A stretch of DNA of 64,000 bases, taken from assembly GCA_964503955.1 (NCBI GenBank), contig CAZDCG010000002.1:13047-77046 (forward strand). Reading direction: 5' to 3'. The translations under genes were made by a program, and so were the position numbers. Below the pieces are notes generated by a model. The model ran no database searches, was not told the origin of the DNA, and saw only the letters and a program-made list of their open reading frames with translations. This document shows, piece by piece, positions 55,501 to 64,000 of the stretch; position 1 is the first letter of the stretch, and every line of letters starts with the position of its first letter. The DNA comes from an uncultured Gammaproteobacteria bacterium (GTDB taxonomy: Bacteria > Patescibacteriota > Patescibacteriia > VMEV01 > CAYQCH01).

Positions 55501-56296
55501 TGTCGGCCAGGGTGACAGTATTCTCCTGCAATTTGCAAACAATCATCAGATGCTCATAGACGGCGGTCCTGACGATGCCGTGATCAATGAGCTAAGAACC
55601 GTGATGCCGCCGGGAGATGACCAGATCGAGTGGGTGGTGCTTTCCCACGCGGACAAGGATCATTTAGGCGGGTTGCTGGTCGTGCTTGAAGCCTACCAGG
55701 TACAAAACGTATTTTTGAATGATCTTTCCGCTTCTTCAAGGCTTCAGGAAAATTGGCTCTCACTGCTGCAGGCGGAAGGAGCGCGTGTCATTGAGGTGAA
55801 AGAAAGGCAGGGCGTTGCCATTGCTGGAGGGGAAGGACTCTTTTTGCCCCCCTTAAAATCTCGCGACAGAAATAATGACTCGCTTGTGCTGCGCCTGGAA
55901 CTTGAAGGGATTACCTTGCTCTTTACGGGAGATATTGAGACGGAGCGCGAGGCCGAGCTGCTGGACTGCTGCGCGGAACTGCTGGCGGCTGATATCCTTA
56001 AAGTCGGACATCATGGAAGCAGGACTTCGACCACGCAGGGATTCCTTCAGGCGGTCGATCCTGAAATTGCTTTGATTCAAGCGGGGAAAGGGAACAGTTA
56101 CGGACATCCGCATGCAAGCGTTCTGCGCAGGCTTGAGCGCGCGCAAGTCCGCATCTTCCGCACGGATGAGCAGGGGAGAATGGAATTTGGCCTCAGCCAA
56201 GGAATGCTCTATAAAGCGGAGCCTTTTTTTGAGCAATTTGGGCTGAGATTTGGAAAAAAATGGCTGCGCGTGTATAATTCTTTGCACAAGAACTAA
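55403..56296 (+). CDS. comEC: ComEC C-terminal metallo-beta-lactamase domain, encoded in a different frame overlapping the N-terminal part
   Basis: HLLDVGQGDSILLQ and VVLSHADKDHLGGL (the HxHxDH MBL motif variant of ComEC). An internal ATG at 55403 (MTNTVKIVLCILIVAWIAA) gives a TM helix preceding the MBL domain. Confidence 0.65.
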   Translation: MTNTVKIVLCILIVAWIAAMRPPAHPVSMHLLDVGQGDSILLQFANNHQMLIDGGPDDAVINELRTVMPPGDDQIEWVVLSHADKDHLGGLLVVLEAYQVQNVFLNDLSASSRLQENWLSLLQAEGARVIEVKERQGVAIAGGEGLFLPPLKSRDRNNDSLVLRLELEGITLLFTGDIETEREAELLDCCAELLAADILKVGHHGSRTSTTQGFLQAVDPEIALIQAGKGNSYGHPHASVLRRLERAQVRIFRTDEQGRMEFGLSQGMLYKAEPFFEQFGLRFGKKWLRVYNSLHKN

Positions 56297-56309
56297 TCAT
56301 TTTCCATGT

Positions 56310-56684
56310 ATGGCAGAAGGTAAAATCAAGGTGCTACTGGTCGAAGATGACAAGATGATCATCGACATGTACACCCTAAAATTCAGTCAGGAGGGATTTG
56401 ACGTCGTTCAGGCTGAAAACGGCAAAGACGCGTTGGAGCTTGCAAAGAGCCAAAAATTCGACATCATTTTGCTTGATATCATTCTCCCTCACATGGACGG
56501 CTTTACCATCCTGAAGGAATTGAAATCAGACGAAGGCACCAAAAATGTTCCCGTCGTTTTGTTGACAAATCTCGGTCAAGACGGCGACGTGAAGAAAGGG
56601 ATGGAACTTGGTGCGACCGACTACCTGATCAAGGCGAATTTCACGCCTTCACAGGTCGTTGACAAGGTTAAATCCATCATTTAA
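56310..56684 (+). CDS. Stand-alone response-regulator receiver (CheY-like)
   Basis: KVLLVEDDKMI (acid pocket DD), phospho-acceptor region ILLDIILPHMDG, and T and K residues (LLTNL...KANF). Only 125 aa and no output domain. Confidence 0.8.
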   Translation: MAEGKIKVLLVEDDKMIIDMYTLKFSQEGFDVVQAENGKDALELAKSQKFDIILLDIILPHMDGFTILKELKSDEGTKNVPVVLLTNLGQDGDVKKGMELGATDYLIKANFTPSQVVDKVKSII

Positions 56685-56781
56685 CTTTGCAGATACACAG
56701 GGCGACGCGGACAGGTGAAAGCCTGTCCTTTCGTTTCTCTGGCCTTATCTGCAACTCTCATTGATTCATAACCGTACAATT

Positions 56782-57258
56782 ATGGAAAAGACACTCGTGA
56801 TCATCAAGCCGGACGCAGTGCAGCGCGGCCTTATTGGGGAGGTAACCTCTCGGTTCGAAAAAAAAGGGCTTAAGCTCATGGGCATGAAAATGATGTATCT
56901 TACGGATGATATTTTAAAAGAGCATTATTCCCATATCGCGGACAAGCCGTTTTTTCCAGGAATCGCTGATTTTATGAAATCCAGTCCTTCGGTTTTTCAG
57001 GTCTGGACCGGACTTGATGTGGTAAACGCGGTGCGCATCCTAACCGGCATCACCAAGGCGCGTGAAGCCGACGCGGGCAGTATCCGTGGAGATTTGGCGA
57101 TGAGCATTCAGTGCAATGTTATTCACGCTTCTGATTCTGTCGAAAACGGAGAAGCTGAAGTGAAACGCTTCTTCAAGGAAGAAGAACTATTCACCTACGA
57201 TAAAAGCGAATGGCTGCATGTTTACGCTGAAGACGAACGCCGGCAGCTTGGCTTCTAA
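56782..57258 (+). CDS. ndk: Nucleoside diphosphate kinase
   Basis: MEKTLVIIKPDAVQRGLIGEV and NVIHASDS (catalytic His region). Confidence 0.9.
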   Translation: MEKTLVIIKPDAVQRGLIGEVTSRFEKKGLKLMGMKMMYLTDDILKEHYSHIADKPFFPGIADFMKSSPSVFQVWTGLDVVNAVRILTGITKAREADAGSIRGDLAMSIQCNVIHASDSVENGEAEVKRFFKEEELFTYDKSEWLHVYAEDERRQLGF

Positions 57259-57353
57259 GCCTTTTAAGCGTGTTTTGACGTGCGGCCAGAGATCGTTCAT
57301 GTGGATAAAATCATCCCCTTTTTGATTTATGCCATTCGTGATTTAATGGGGTT

Positions 57354-57719
57354 ATGCTTGAGCAATGGCAGCAATTCCTTGGCCGACCGCCCGTCTGGAT
57401 AACATTGATCAGCGCGGCCTTTTTTAACCTCGCCTCCTGGGGGATCTTATTGCTGAACATTACGCCCAGGGAAGAACAAATCATTCTGCATTACACCTTG
57501 TCATTCGGCGTTGACCGGGTGGGGATGTGGTATGAAGCGTTTTTCCTCCCCCTGCTGGCCTTCATCCTGTTGCTTGTTGACCTCTGCTTTGCCAAGTATT
57601 TGTTCCGTCGTTCAAGAATTGCAAGCTTTTTCTTCCTGATCTCTGGCGCCGTCTTTCAGCTGCTTGCTTTTCTGGCCGCGCTTTTCCTGGTTATCGCGAA
57701 TTTACCCGTAACAACTTGA
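57354..57719 (+). CDS. Hypothetical polytopic membrane protein
   Basis: 121 aa with three or four hydrophobic helices. Confidence 0.35.
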   Translation: MLEQWQQFLGRPPVWITLISAAFFNLASWGILLLNITPREEQIILHYTLSFGVDRVGMWYEAFFLPLLAFILLLVDLCFAKYLFRRSRIASFFFLISGAVFQLLAFLAALFLVIANLPVTT

Positions 57720-57722
57720 TGC

Positions 57723-58775
57723 ATGGAAACCGTCCAAGTATTGCGCATTTTCATTCTGACCTCAGCCGGATTTCTGCTTGCTCTGGTGGGGACGCCGCTC
57801 ATGACAAGCTTTTTGTATCGGTTTCGTTTCGGCAAATCCATCCGCGCTTCAGAAGACGCGCCGATCATGTCCAGCATGCACGCGAAGAAAGCCGGAACGC
57901 CGACCATGGGCGGAGTGCTCATCTGGATGACGGTATTGCTGCTGGCAGCCTTGCTTGGAACTCTTGGATATCTTTTTCCTGAATCGGCATTTGCCCGCAT
58001 GAATTTCCTTTCACGCAGTGAGACGCTCTTGCCGATCGGTCTCATGGTCCTTGGCGCAGTCGTGGGCATGTTTGATGATGTCTTTAATATTCTGCGCATG
58101 GGGCCCAAAGGAGGCGGCTTCAGTGTGAGACACCGCCTGCTTTTATATACATTGCTGGCGGCCGTGGGAGCCTGGTGGTTTCATTATAAGCTTGGTTTTA
58201 CCGAATTACACGTTCCCTTTTTTGGTGATGTTCAGCTAGGAATCTGGTATATTCCATTTTTTATTCTTGTCATGGCCGCCACAACGCATGCGCTCAATAT
58301 TACCGACGGGCTAGACGGTCTTGCGGGGGGCAGCATCGCGACTGCGCTTTCAGCGTATCTCGTTATCGCCTTTATTCAGGGGCGTTTTGACCTGGCCGTC
58401 ATGCTGGGTGTCGTCATCGGCGCGCTCATGGCCTTTCTTTGGTTTAATGTCAATCCGGCTCGCTTTTTCATGGGGGATACGGGCTCCATGTCGCTTGGAT
58501 TCGTGCTGGCTTCCGTTGCCATGCTCACAGATACGGCCTTGCTATTGCCGGTGATCGCTTTATTGCCGGTTCTTGAAACCCTCTCGGTCATTGTCCAGCT
58601 CATTTCAAAGAAAGTACGCAAAAAGAAGATTTTTCACTCGGCTCCCATTCATCATCATTTCGAGGCGATTGGATGGCCGGAAACAAAAATCGTGATGCGT
58701 TTTTGGATTATCTCCGCGGTCAGCGCCGTTTGCGGCATGGCGCTTTTTCTGCTGGATCGTGGTTTTACCGTTTAA
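57723..58775 (+). CDS. mraY: Phospho-N-acetylmuramoyl-pentapeptide transferase MraY
   Basis: GTPTMGG, NITDGLDGLAGG, FMGDTGS and APIHHHFE motifs align with MraY. Confidence 0.88.
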   Translation: METVQVLRIFILTSAGFLLALVGTPLMTSFLYRFRFGKSIRASEDAPIMSSMHAKKAGTPTMGGVLIWMTVLLLAALLGTLGYLFPESAFARMNFLSRSETLLPIGLMVLGAVVGMFDDVFNILRMGPKGGGFSVRHRLLLYTLLAAVGAWWFHYKLGFTELHVPFFGDVQLGIWYIPFFILVMAATTHALNITDGLDGLAGGSIATALSAYLVIAFIQGRFDLAVMLGVVIGALMAFLWFNVNPARFFMGDTGSMSLGFVLASVAMLTDTALLLPVIALLPVLETLSVIVQLISKKVRKKKIFHSAPIHHHFEAIGWPETKIVMRFWIISAVSAVCGMALFLLDRGFTV

Positions 58776-58807
58776 TTTCGTTCTTTTTAGCCAAGGGTTG
58801 ATCGTTT

Positions 58808-59359
58808 TTGCCCTTCCTGCTAAGTTACCCCGTCACAAGGATGTTTAAGGAAGGAGTGACAAGCGTGTACAAGGTCGGATTCGCCAGGCCGGACAGGAAG
58901 CTGCGGCCGCACCTGGAAAAGGTGTTCGGCACGCTGAACTGGGTACTGTGTGATCTGGACAGGGTCGATGCCATCTGGCGTGACATCCATCTTGTCCTGG
59001 TTTCCACCGCGATCGAGCTGCCCAAGTCGGGCGCCGTTTCGACCGCGTTCAATTACGAGTGGAGGGAAATCGTTCACAGGATTCGCGAGCGTGATGCAAC
59101 CATTCCGGTCGCCATGGTCACCTCGATTCCCTCCAACCACTTCGACGGCATGCTCAAGCCCATGCTTGAAGCCCGCCTTGGCGAGGGCGTGCAGCTGGTC
59201 AAGGTCGAGGAGGGCGCGCAGGGAAATCCCGCGCTTGGTCTGCCCAAAACGCTTGTGGTGATCGGCGAGGCCGACATGAACGCCCGCAAGGGACCTGTCG
59301 ACGCTCAGCTGATCGGGAGGATTCTGGATGCGCATATCCGGAATCGGCGAAGTGTTTGA
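58808..59359 (+). CDS. Hypothetical protein in a GC-rich segment
   Basis: Coherent-looking protein on + (VYKVGFARPDRKLRPHLEKVFGTLNWVLCDL...), while the overlapping minus-strand ORF is R/G/P-rich junk. A likely start is near the RBS aaggaagga at 58844-58852, followed by GTG/ATG. Confidence 0.35.
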   Translation: MPFLLSYPVTRMFKEGVTSVYKVGFARPDRKLRPHLEKVFGTLNWVLCDLDRVDAIWRDIHLVLVSTAIELPKSGAVSTAFNYEWREIVHRIRERDATIPVAMVTSIPSNHFDGMLKPMLEARLGEGVQLVKVEEGAQGNPALGLPKTLVVIGEADMNARKGPVDAQLIGRILDAHIRNRRSV

Positions 59360-59500
59360 TCGCAAAAGCCGCTTCTTTCCCGCGAGGGGAGGAGGCGGCA
59401 TTGTGTTTTTTATTGACAAAACCCCTTGAATTTAGCTATTCTCAGGTGAGAACGAGCCGATTTTTGTGTCCCAGCACAGCTCTGGGATTTTTTTAATAAA

Positions 59501-59590
59501 GGCCCACAGACGCACAGGTTTTTCAGACGTACAGACTGAATTGCGATTGTCTGTGAGTCTGATAAGTCTGATTAGTCTGTGAGTCTCATC
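59501..59590. repeat. CACAGAC / GTCTGTGAGTCT / CTGATTAG repeat array (intergenic repeat family, copy B) immediately upstream of aspS
   Basis: cccacagacgcacagg...cagacgtacagactgaattgcgattgtctgtgagtctgataagtctgattagtctgtgagtctc. Confidence 0.5.
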
Positions 59591-59592
59591 AT

Positions 59593-61368
59593 ATGTATCG
59601 AACCCATACCTGCGCGGAATTGAATAAAGAACATGTTGGAAAGGAAGTGACGCTTTCCGGCTGGGTGCATAGCCGCCGTGATCACGGAGGGGTGATTTTC
59701 ATCGACCTTCGCGATATGTTTGGCATGACGCAGGTAACATTCAATCCCGAACAGAGCAAGGAAGCCTGGGAAGTAGCGGACAAAGTCCGTTCCGAATACG
59801 TGATTAAAATCATTGGCGAAGTGGTCGCGCGCCCGGCTGAAATGGTCAATGACAAACTTTCAACAGGCGAGATCGAGGTCATGGTCAAGTCAGCCGAAGT
59901 GATCGGCGCGTCGCAGCCGCTGCCGTTTGAAATTGAAAGCGACGTGCAGGTCAGCGAAGAAGTCCGACTCAAATACCGGTTTCTTGATTTGCGCCGCGAA
60001 AAGATGAAGCAGAATCTGCTCTTCCGAGGCAAGGTGATCAAGTTTCTCCGCGACTGGTGCTATGGCCATGGCTTTACCGAATTTGAAACACCGATTCTTA
60101 CCGCGTCTTCGCCTGAAGGCGCGCGTGATTTCCTCGTGCCGTCCCGTTTGCATCCAGGCAAATTCTACGCGCTGCCTCAGGCGCCGCAGCAGTATAAGCA
60201 GCTCTTGATGATGTCGGGGTTTGATAAGTATTTCCAGATCGCTCCATGCTTTCGCGATGAAGACCCCCGCGCGGACCGAAGTCCGGGAGAATTCTACCAG
60301 CTGGATGTTGAGACAAGCTTCCTCACCCAGGATGAATTCTTCGCGCTCATGGAGCCGCTATTTATCGAATTGTCCGAGAAATTCGGCGGCGGGAAAAAAG
60401 TCTTGCAAAATCCATTTCCTCGCATTCCATTCCGCCAGGCTATGCTTGAATACGGAACGGACAAGCCTGATCTTCGTTTCGATCTGAAAATCCAGGAAGT
60501 CTCTGAATTGGTTAAAGATTCCGGATTCAAGGTATTCGCCGACGCTGTTGCCAATGGCGGCGTTGTCCGATGCATTGTCGCGCCGCAGGCAAGCGAAATG
60601 CCTCGTTCAGCCATTGATGAACTTACGGAATTCGCCCAGTCGCATGGCGCCAAAGGCCTTGCGTATATCGTTGTAGAGAAGAGCGGCGATCTGAAATCTC
60701 CAATCCTCAAGTTCCTTGGCGATGATCTGACAAAGCGATTGATCGAACAGGTCGGCGCAAAAAACGGCGACGTGGTCTTTTTTGGCGCAGACAAAGAGAA
60801 GACAGTGGCTACCGTGCTTGGACAGGTTCGTGTTGAACTTGCAAAACGCCTGAACCTGATCGATACCTCATTGCTTGCCTGGGCATGGATCGTTGATTTC
60901 CCATTCTTTGAATACGACGAGAAAGAAAAGAAAATCGACTTTGCCCATAATCCATTCTCCATGCCGCAGGGCGGGCTTGAAGCTTTGGAAAACCAGGATC
61001 CTCTCACCATAAACGCGTATCAGTATGACATTGTGTGCAACGGCGTTGAGCTTAGCTCGGGCGCGGTGCGAAACTACAATCCTGAGGTGATGTACAAAGC
61101 ATTTGAAACGGTCGGCTACAAACGAGAAGATGTCGACAAAGAATTTCAAGGGATGCTTTCTGCGTTCAAGTACGGAGCTCCGCCAACCTGCGGATTCGCT
61201 CCCGGTATCGAACGCATGATTATGGTCCTTCGAGATGAACCGAATATCCGTGAAATCACCGCCTTCCCCAAGAACGGAAAAGCCGAAGACCTGGTGATGG
61301 GCGCGCCGTCTGTGGTGAAAGAATCACAGCTGAAGGAGTTGTTCATCAAACTTGATTTGAAGAAGTAA
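59593..61368 (+). CDS. aspS: Aspartyl-tRNA synthetase
   Basis: OB-fold N-terminus (LSGWVHSRRDHGGVIFIDLRD). Class II motifs (FRDED, QLDVE, GFAPGIERMIM). 591 aa. Confidence 0.95.
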   Translation: MYRTHTCAELNKEHVGKEVTLSGWVHSRRDHGGVIFIDLRDMFGMTQVTFNPEQSKEAWEVADKVRSEYVIKIIGEVVARPAEMVNDKLSTGEIEVMVKSAEVIGASQPLPFEIESDVQVSEEVRLKYRFLDLRREKMKQNLLFRGKVIKFLRDWCYGHGFTEFETPILTASSPEGARDFLVPSRLHPGKFYALPQAPQQYKQLLMMSGFDKYFQIAPCFRDEDPRADRSPGEFYQLDVETSFLTQDEFFALMEPLFIELSEKFGGGKKVLQNPFPRIPFRQAMLEYGTDKPDLRFDLKIQEVSELVKDSGFKVFADAVANGGVVRCIVAPQASEMPRSAIDELTEFAQSHGAKGLAYIVVEKSGDLKSPILKFLGDDLTKRLIEQVGAKNGDVVFFGADKEKTVATVLGQVRVELAKRLNLIDTSLLAWAWIVDFPFFEYDEKEKKIDFAHNPFSMPQGGLEALENQDPLTINAYQYDIVCNGVELSSGAVRNYNPEVMYKAFETVGYKREDVDKEFQGMLSAFKYGAPPTCGFAPGIERMIMVLRDEPNIREITAFPKNGKAEDLVMGAPSVVKESQLKELFIKLDLKK

Positions 61369-61388
61369 GGGTATTAATAAAAGCGAAG

Positions 61389-61436
61389 AGGCTGCTGTCG
61401 ACACCACCCGTGGGGCGGATAGACAGCAGCCTCTTT
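61389..61436. terminator. Bidirectional terminator hairpin between convergent aspS and the 518-aa gene
   Basis: agaggctgctgtc ...19-nt loop... gacagcagcctct, followed by tttgtt. 13-bp perfect stem. Confidence 0.7.
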
Positions 61437-61439
61437 TGT

Positions 61440-62996
61440 TCAGCGGAACAGGAGCTGGATCACTTCGTTCAGTTCTTCGCGACTGATGGCCTTGGCTCGG
61501 TAGTAGGCAAGAAGGAGACGTAGGGTCACTGTTCTCCTCCCGCTCCTCAGGTTGTGACAGGCTTGTGGCGACTTCTTGATCAGTCGAAACACCATCGCAT
61601 CAGATCGCGAGTTGGTCATTGCCTTCAGGCGATCGAGGACGATGCCGTTCCTCGCCTTCCATCCACTACGCTCTGTCGCGGAGAATGGAACTGGTCGACC
61701 CCGATGTGCAGGAGCTGTCATCCACCCTGTTGCTGATAGTGGGTTGGCCTTGTAGGCGATGAGCCGTTCGGTGGCCCGATAAGGCAGTTCCTCTTTCAGG
61801 CAGATATCGGAGATTTCCATCAAAGAGATCTGCTGCCATCGGTCGATGACGGGCCGGAGCTTCTCGGCTTGATCAGGGCTCATGAACCGCAGAAGGAGAT
61901 CTTGCGGGATGCTCTCTTCTTGCTCGGGCTGGAGCCTCCTCGAGAAGTACCGGGCTACTCGCGACTGAATTCGGCATTCCCGAATCGACATCTCATCGGC
62001 CAGTTTCAGGAAGGCCGAGGCGCGCTTTGCGCTTGCCGCCAGCTTATACAGCGCGCCCAGGGCTTGGCATCGAGCCGCGCAGATCAGGTTGCTCGCCGCG
62101 TAAACATCGCAGGTGCAAGCGATGCGGAGTCCGCTTGCCAGCCCCTGGTACGAAAAGTCGAGTTCCAGTGTTGCCGTGCGCATGGGTGGCATCCACCAGT
62201 GCTGTTCATCTTCGTACGAGTAGACGTCACTCGTCGCGTCGGTAAACCACAGTTCGTAGGGGCGTTCGAGCCCGTCCGTCGCGACAGTCAGACGGTCGGC
62301 TGTTTGGCTGAGGCATCGTTGTCCAGCAACATACCTGATCGCTGCCAGGATTTCCTCACTGGGCTTCGAGAACAGCCGTACTAGTTCTACCCGAAGCTCC
62401 TCTGAGTACGGCAGGTTCCCGACGGCGTGTGCGGCATGGCCGCGCACGAGAGGAAGGGGGTTGAACAGGTGGCCGATCAGCATGAACCGGATCTGCGCGA
62501 AGTTTCCCCACTTCGGCAGGCTGGGAAGCTGACCCAAGAGCTCGAGGGCTTCCTGCACAGGGTGCCGACCATTGGCCTTGAGCATGACCATCAAATCTTC
62601 GCTGAGGCGACCTTGCCTGGAGCGCGACATCCCCTGGAGCAGGTAAGCATAAGCCTTGGCCGGAGCAAGCATGGTCTTTGAAGCCCAGCTGGGATGATCG
62701 ATGTCGTCGTCGATCTCGGAGTGGCCACGTAAGGCCTCCTCGAGAGAGGCGTTGATCGCCTCCCGTATACGCGGATCTTCTGATCCGTCACTGGCCAGGA
62801 TGATCTCGTCGATCAGAGGGATCAGCTCAGATCGTCTGGTCACGTGTGCGGCCAGCTCGCTGATCGCGGTGGCCAGAATCTTTGGGTTGCCGTTTCTGGC
62901 AAATGCGAGCAGCATGGTCTTCCTCCTTAGGTTTTTGTGTTTTTCATCCTCAGGATGAGGGTGGCTCAGAGTACCCATTTTTGTTGAAATTGTCAA
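61440..62996 (-). CDS. Hypothetical 518-aa protein (GC about 58-60%)
   Basis: Long minus-strand ORF with elevated GC. No recognisable catalytic motifs. Probably a helical repeat protein. Confidence 0.5.
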   Translation of the reverse strand: MTISTKMGTLSHPHPEDEKHKNLRRKTMLLAFARNGNPKILATAISELAAHVTRRSELIPLIDEIILASDGSEDPRIREAINASLEEALRGHSEIDDDIDHPSWASKTMLAPAKAYAYLLQGMSRSRQGRLSEDLMVMLKANGRHPVQEALELLGQLPSLPKWGNFAQIRFMLIGHLFNPLPLVRGHAAHAVGNLPYSEELRVELVRLFSKPSEEILAAIRYVAGQRCLSQTADRLTVATDGLERPYELWFTDATSDVYSYEDEQHWWMPPMRTATLELDFSYQGLASGLRIACTCDVYAASNLICAARCQALGALYKLAASAKRASAFLKLADEMSIRECRIQSRVARYFSRRLQPEQEESIPQDLLLRFMSPDQAEKLRPVIDRWQQISLMEISDICLKEELPYRATERLIAYKANPLSATGWMTAPAHRGRPVPFSATERSGWKARNGIVLDRLKAMTNSRSDAMVFRLIKKSPQACHNLRSGRRTVTLRLLLAYYRAKAISREELNEVIQLLFR

Positions 62997-63136
62997 TCAA
63001 ATCGACTGGTGGAAGAGTTGAATAGAATCAATCAAGATTCTACGAATGCCTAGGCTGGCGGGTTTCTATGAGGGAAGAGTCAGAAGGCCTCAAATATGGT
63101 AAACTAAATGAACCAGCAGAGGCTGGAACCTTTCCT

Positions 63137-63838
63137 ATGCGAACCTACCGTCTCGAACAATTTGAGGGGCCGTTGGATCTGCTTTTGCAGATGATTCAGC
63201 GTGAGGAGCTTGATATTTCCGCGATTTCGTTGGCTTCCGTGGCGGAACAGTTCGTTTCCTACATCAAAGACAACCCTGACGGCATCAGCGGGGAAGAAAT
63301 GGCCGATTTTCTTGTCGTAGCCGCGCAATTGTTTTTGCTCAAATCACAGCTGCTCTTACCTGATCTAGAGCACGATGACGAACTTAATCCTGATTCGCTT
63401 GAAACGCAATTGAAGCTCTACCGGCGTTTCGTTGATGCCGCGCAAAAATTGCAGACAAAAATTGAGCAGAAAACATTTCTATACACGCAACCAAAATCGC
63501 GTTTGCAAATGCAGGCCCGGTTCAGCCCTCCTCCAGGTCTTCAGGCGGAAACGCTGCGAACACTCATGCAAGAAGTGATTGCGCGCCTGGAGCCGATTGT
63601 GATTCTACCGGAAAGCACCATGGAAAAAACCGTGACGCTTCACGAAAAGATCTCGCAGATCCAGGAGCTGCTCAAGCGGGCGAAAGGATTGAGTTTCAAA
63701 CAGATTCTTGGCCAATCCCGCTCAAAAATCGAACAGATTGTCAGTTTTCTCGCTTTGCTTGAATTGGTGAAACAAGAGGAGGTTTCCGTGCGGCAAAGCG
63801 GTGCCTTTGAAGACATTCTCATTGACCGATCTTCTTAA
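63137..63838 (+). CDS. scpA: Segregation and condensation protein A
   Basis: FEGPLDLLLQMIQREELDISAISLASVAEQF N-terminal kleisin motif. Confidence 0.85.
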   Translation: MRTYRLEQFEGPLDLLLQMIQREELDISAISLASVAEQFVSYIKDNPDGISGEEMADFLVVAAQLFLLKSQLLLPDLEHDDELNPDSLETQLKLYRRFVDAAQKLQTKIEQKTFLYTQPKSRLQMQARFSPPPGLQAETLRTLMQEVIARLEPIVILPESTMEKTVTLHEKISQIQELLKRAKGLSFKQILGQSRSKIEQIVSFLALLELVKQEEVSVRQSGAFEDILIDRSS

Positions 63839-63847
63839 TCAATACAC

Positions 63848-64000
63848 ATGCCTACGCTCGCAACACAAATTGAAAGCTTATTGCTCTATACGAATAAGCC
63901 CATGAAAGCCAAAGATTTGCTTAAGGCAACTGGTGCAGAAGTTCAAGCTTTTTCAGAAGCCATCGCGTCGCTTGAAAGCAAGTACAATAATGAACAGTCA
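63848..64000 (+). CDS. scpB: Segregation and condensation protein B (5' partial, runs off the window)
   Basis: MPTLATQIESLLLYTNKPMKAKDLLKATGAE resembles the ScpB N-terminus. It starts 10 nt after scpA. Confidence 0.55.
   Translation, partial: MPTLATQIESLLLYTNKPMKAKDLLKATGAEVQAFSEAIASLESKYNNEQS

Noticed and set aside
58820-59419. 199-aa minus-strand ORF overlapping the GC-rich hypothetical gene
   Set aside because: Its composition (poly-P, R/G-rich) looks like an antisense shadow. The + strand ORF has a strong RBS and protein-like composition.
60294-61010. 238-aa minus-strand ORF inside aspS
   Set aside because: It is antisense to the conserved class II AspRS catalytic domain.

Overview
This 64-kb window is densely coding, has about 50% GC, and is transcribed mostly on the + strand. 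Roughly 45 genes are conserved housekeeping genes, interleaved with accessory genes. The gene content is consistent with a reduced Patescibacteria/CPR-type bacterium: T4SS-pilin-like two-helix N-domains fused to giant surface proteins, lysine-rich N-terminal tails on RpoD and the HisRS-like protein, and many small membrane proteins. This taxonomic call is inference only.

Housekeeping content:
- msrA
- ABC ATPase, permease/GldG-like fusion and DUF4340
- dnaG-rpoD
- xth
- a complete F1Fo ATP synthase operon (atpI-like, B, E, F, H, A, G, D, C)
- pth-der on the minus strand
- an LCP-family protein
- lepB
- a HisRS-like gene
- rpsU
- ybeY-ftsA-ftsZ
- an M23 peptidase
- nrdR
- htrA
- prfB, with the canonical programmed +1 frameshift site visible
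- a galE-like epimerase
- comEC, split into two overlapping frames
- a CheY-like receiver
- ndk
- mraY
- aspS
- scpA and partial scpB

Most notable accessory content:
1. A contiguous six-gene cell-surface module at 30.9-42.4 kb. It encodes two proteins with pilin-like N-terminal domains (537 aa and 1648 aa; the latter carries IPT/TIG and SbsA-type Ig repeats). It also encodes an 881-aa secreted protein with thrombospondin-type-3 calcium-binding repeats plus CGDG...CD cysteine-rich repeats, an anchored protein with an EF-hand-like loop, and two paralogous TM-anchored proteins with DxDxDG repeats. The module runs directly into ybeY-ftsA-ftsZ.
2. A 1412-aa cytoplasmic coiled-coil giant protein with a translationally coupled 58-aa partner.
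3. A secreted protein whose mature N-terminus (CSC...) and downstream motifs match the TIMP (tissue inhibitor of metalloproteinase) N-domain.
4. GC-rich islands (58-63% against a 50% background). These carry an isocitrate lyase, a 518-aa unknown protein and two further unknowns.
5. Short intergenic repeat families. One is a 13-mer ACAATTGACGATT plus palindrome shared by the atpD and ftsZ upstream regions. Another is a CACAGAC/CTGATTAG array upstream of the atp operon and aspS. A third is a TTCTGAAC family. There is also a G12 homopolymer.

No CRISPR array, rRNA or tRNA was recognised by eye.
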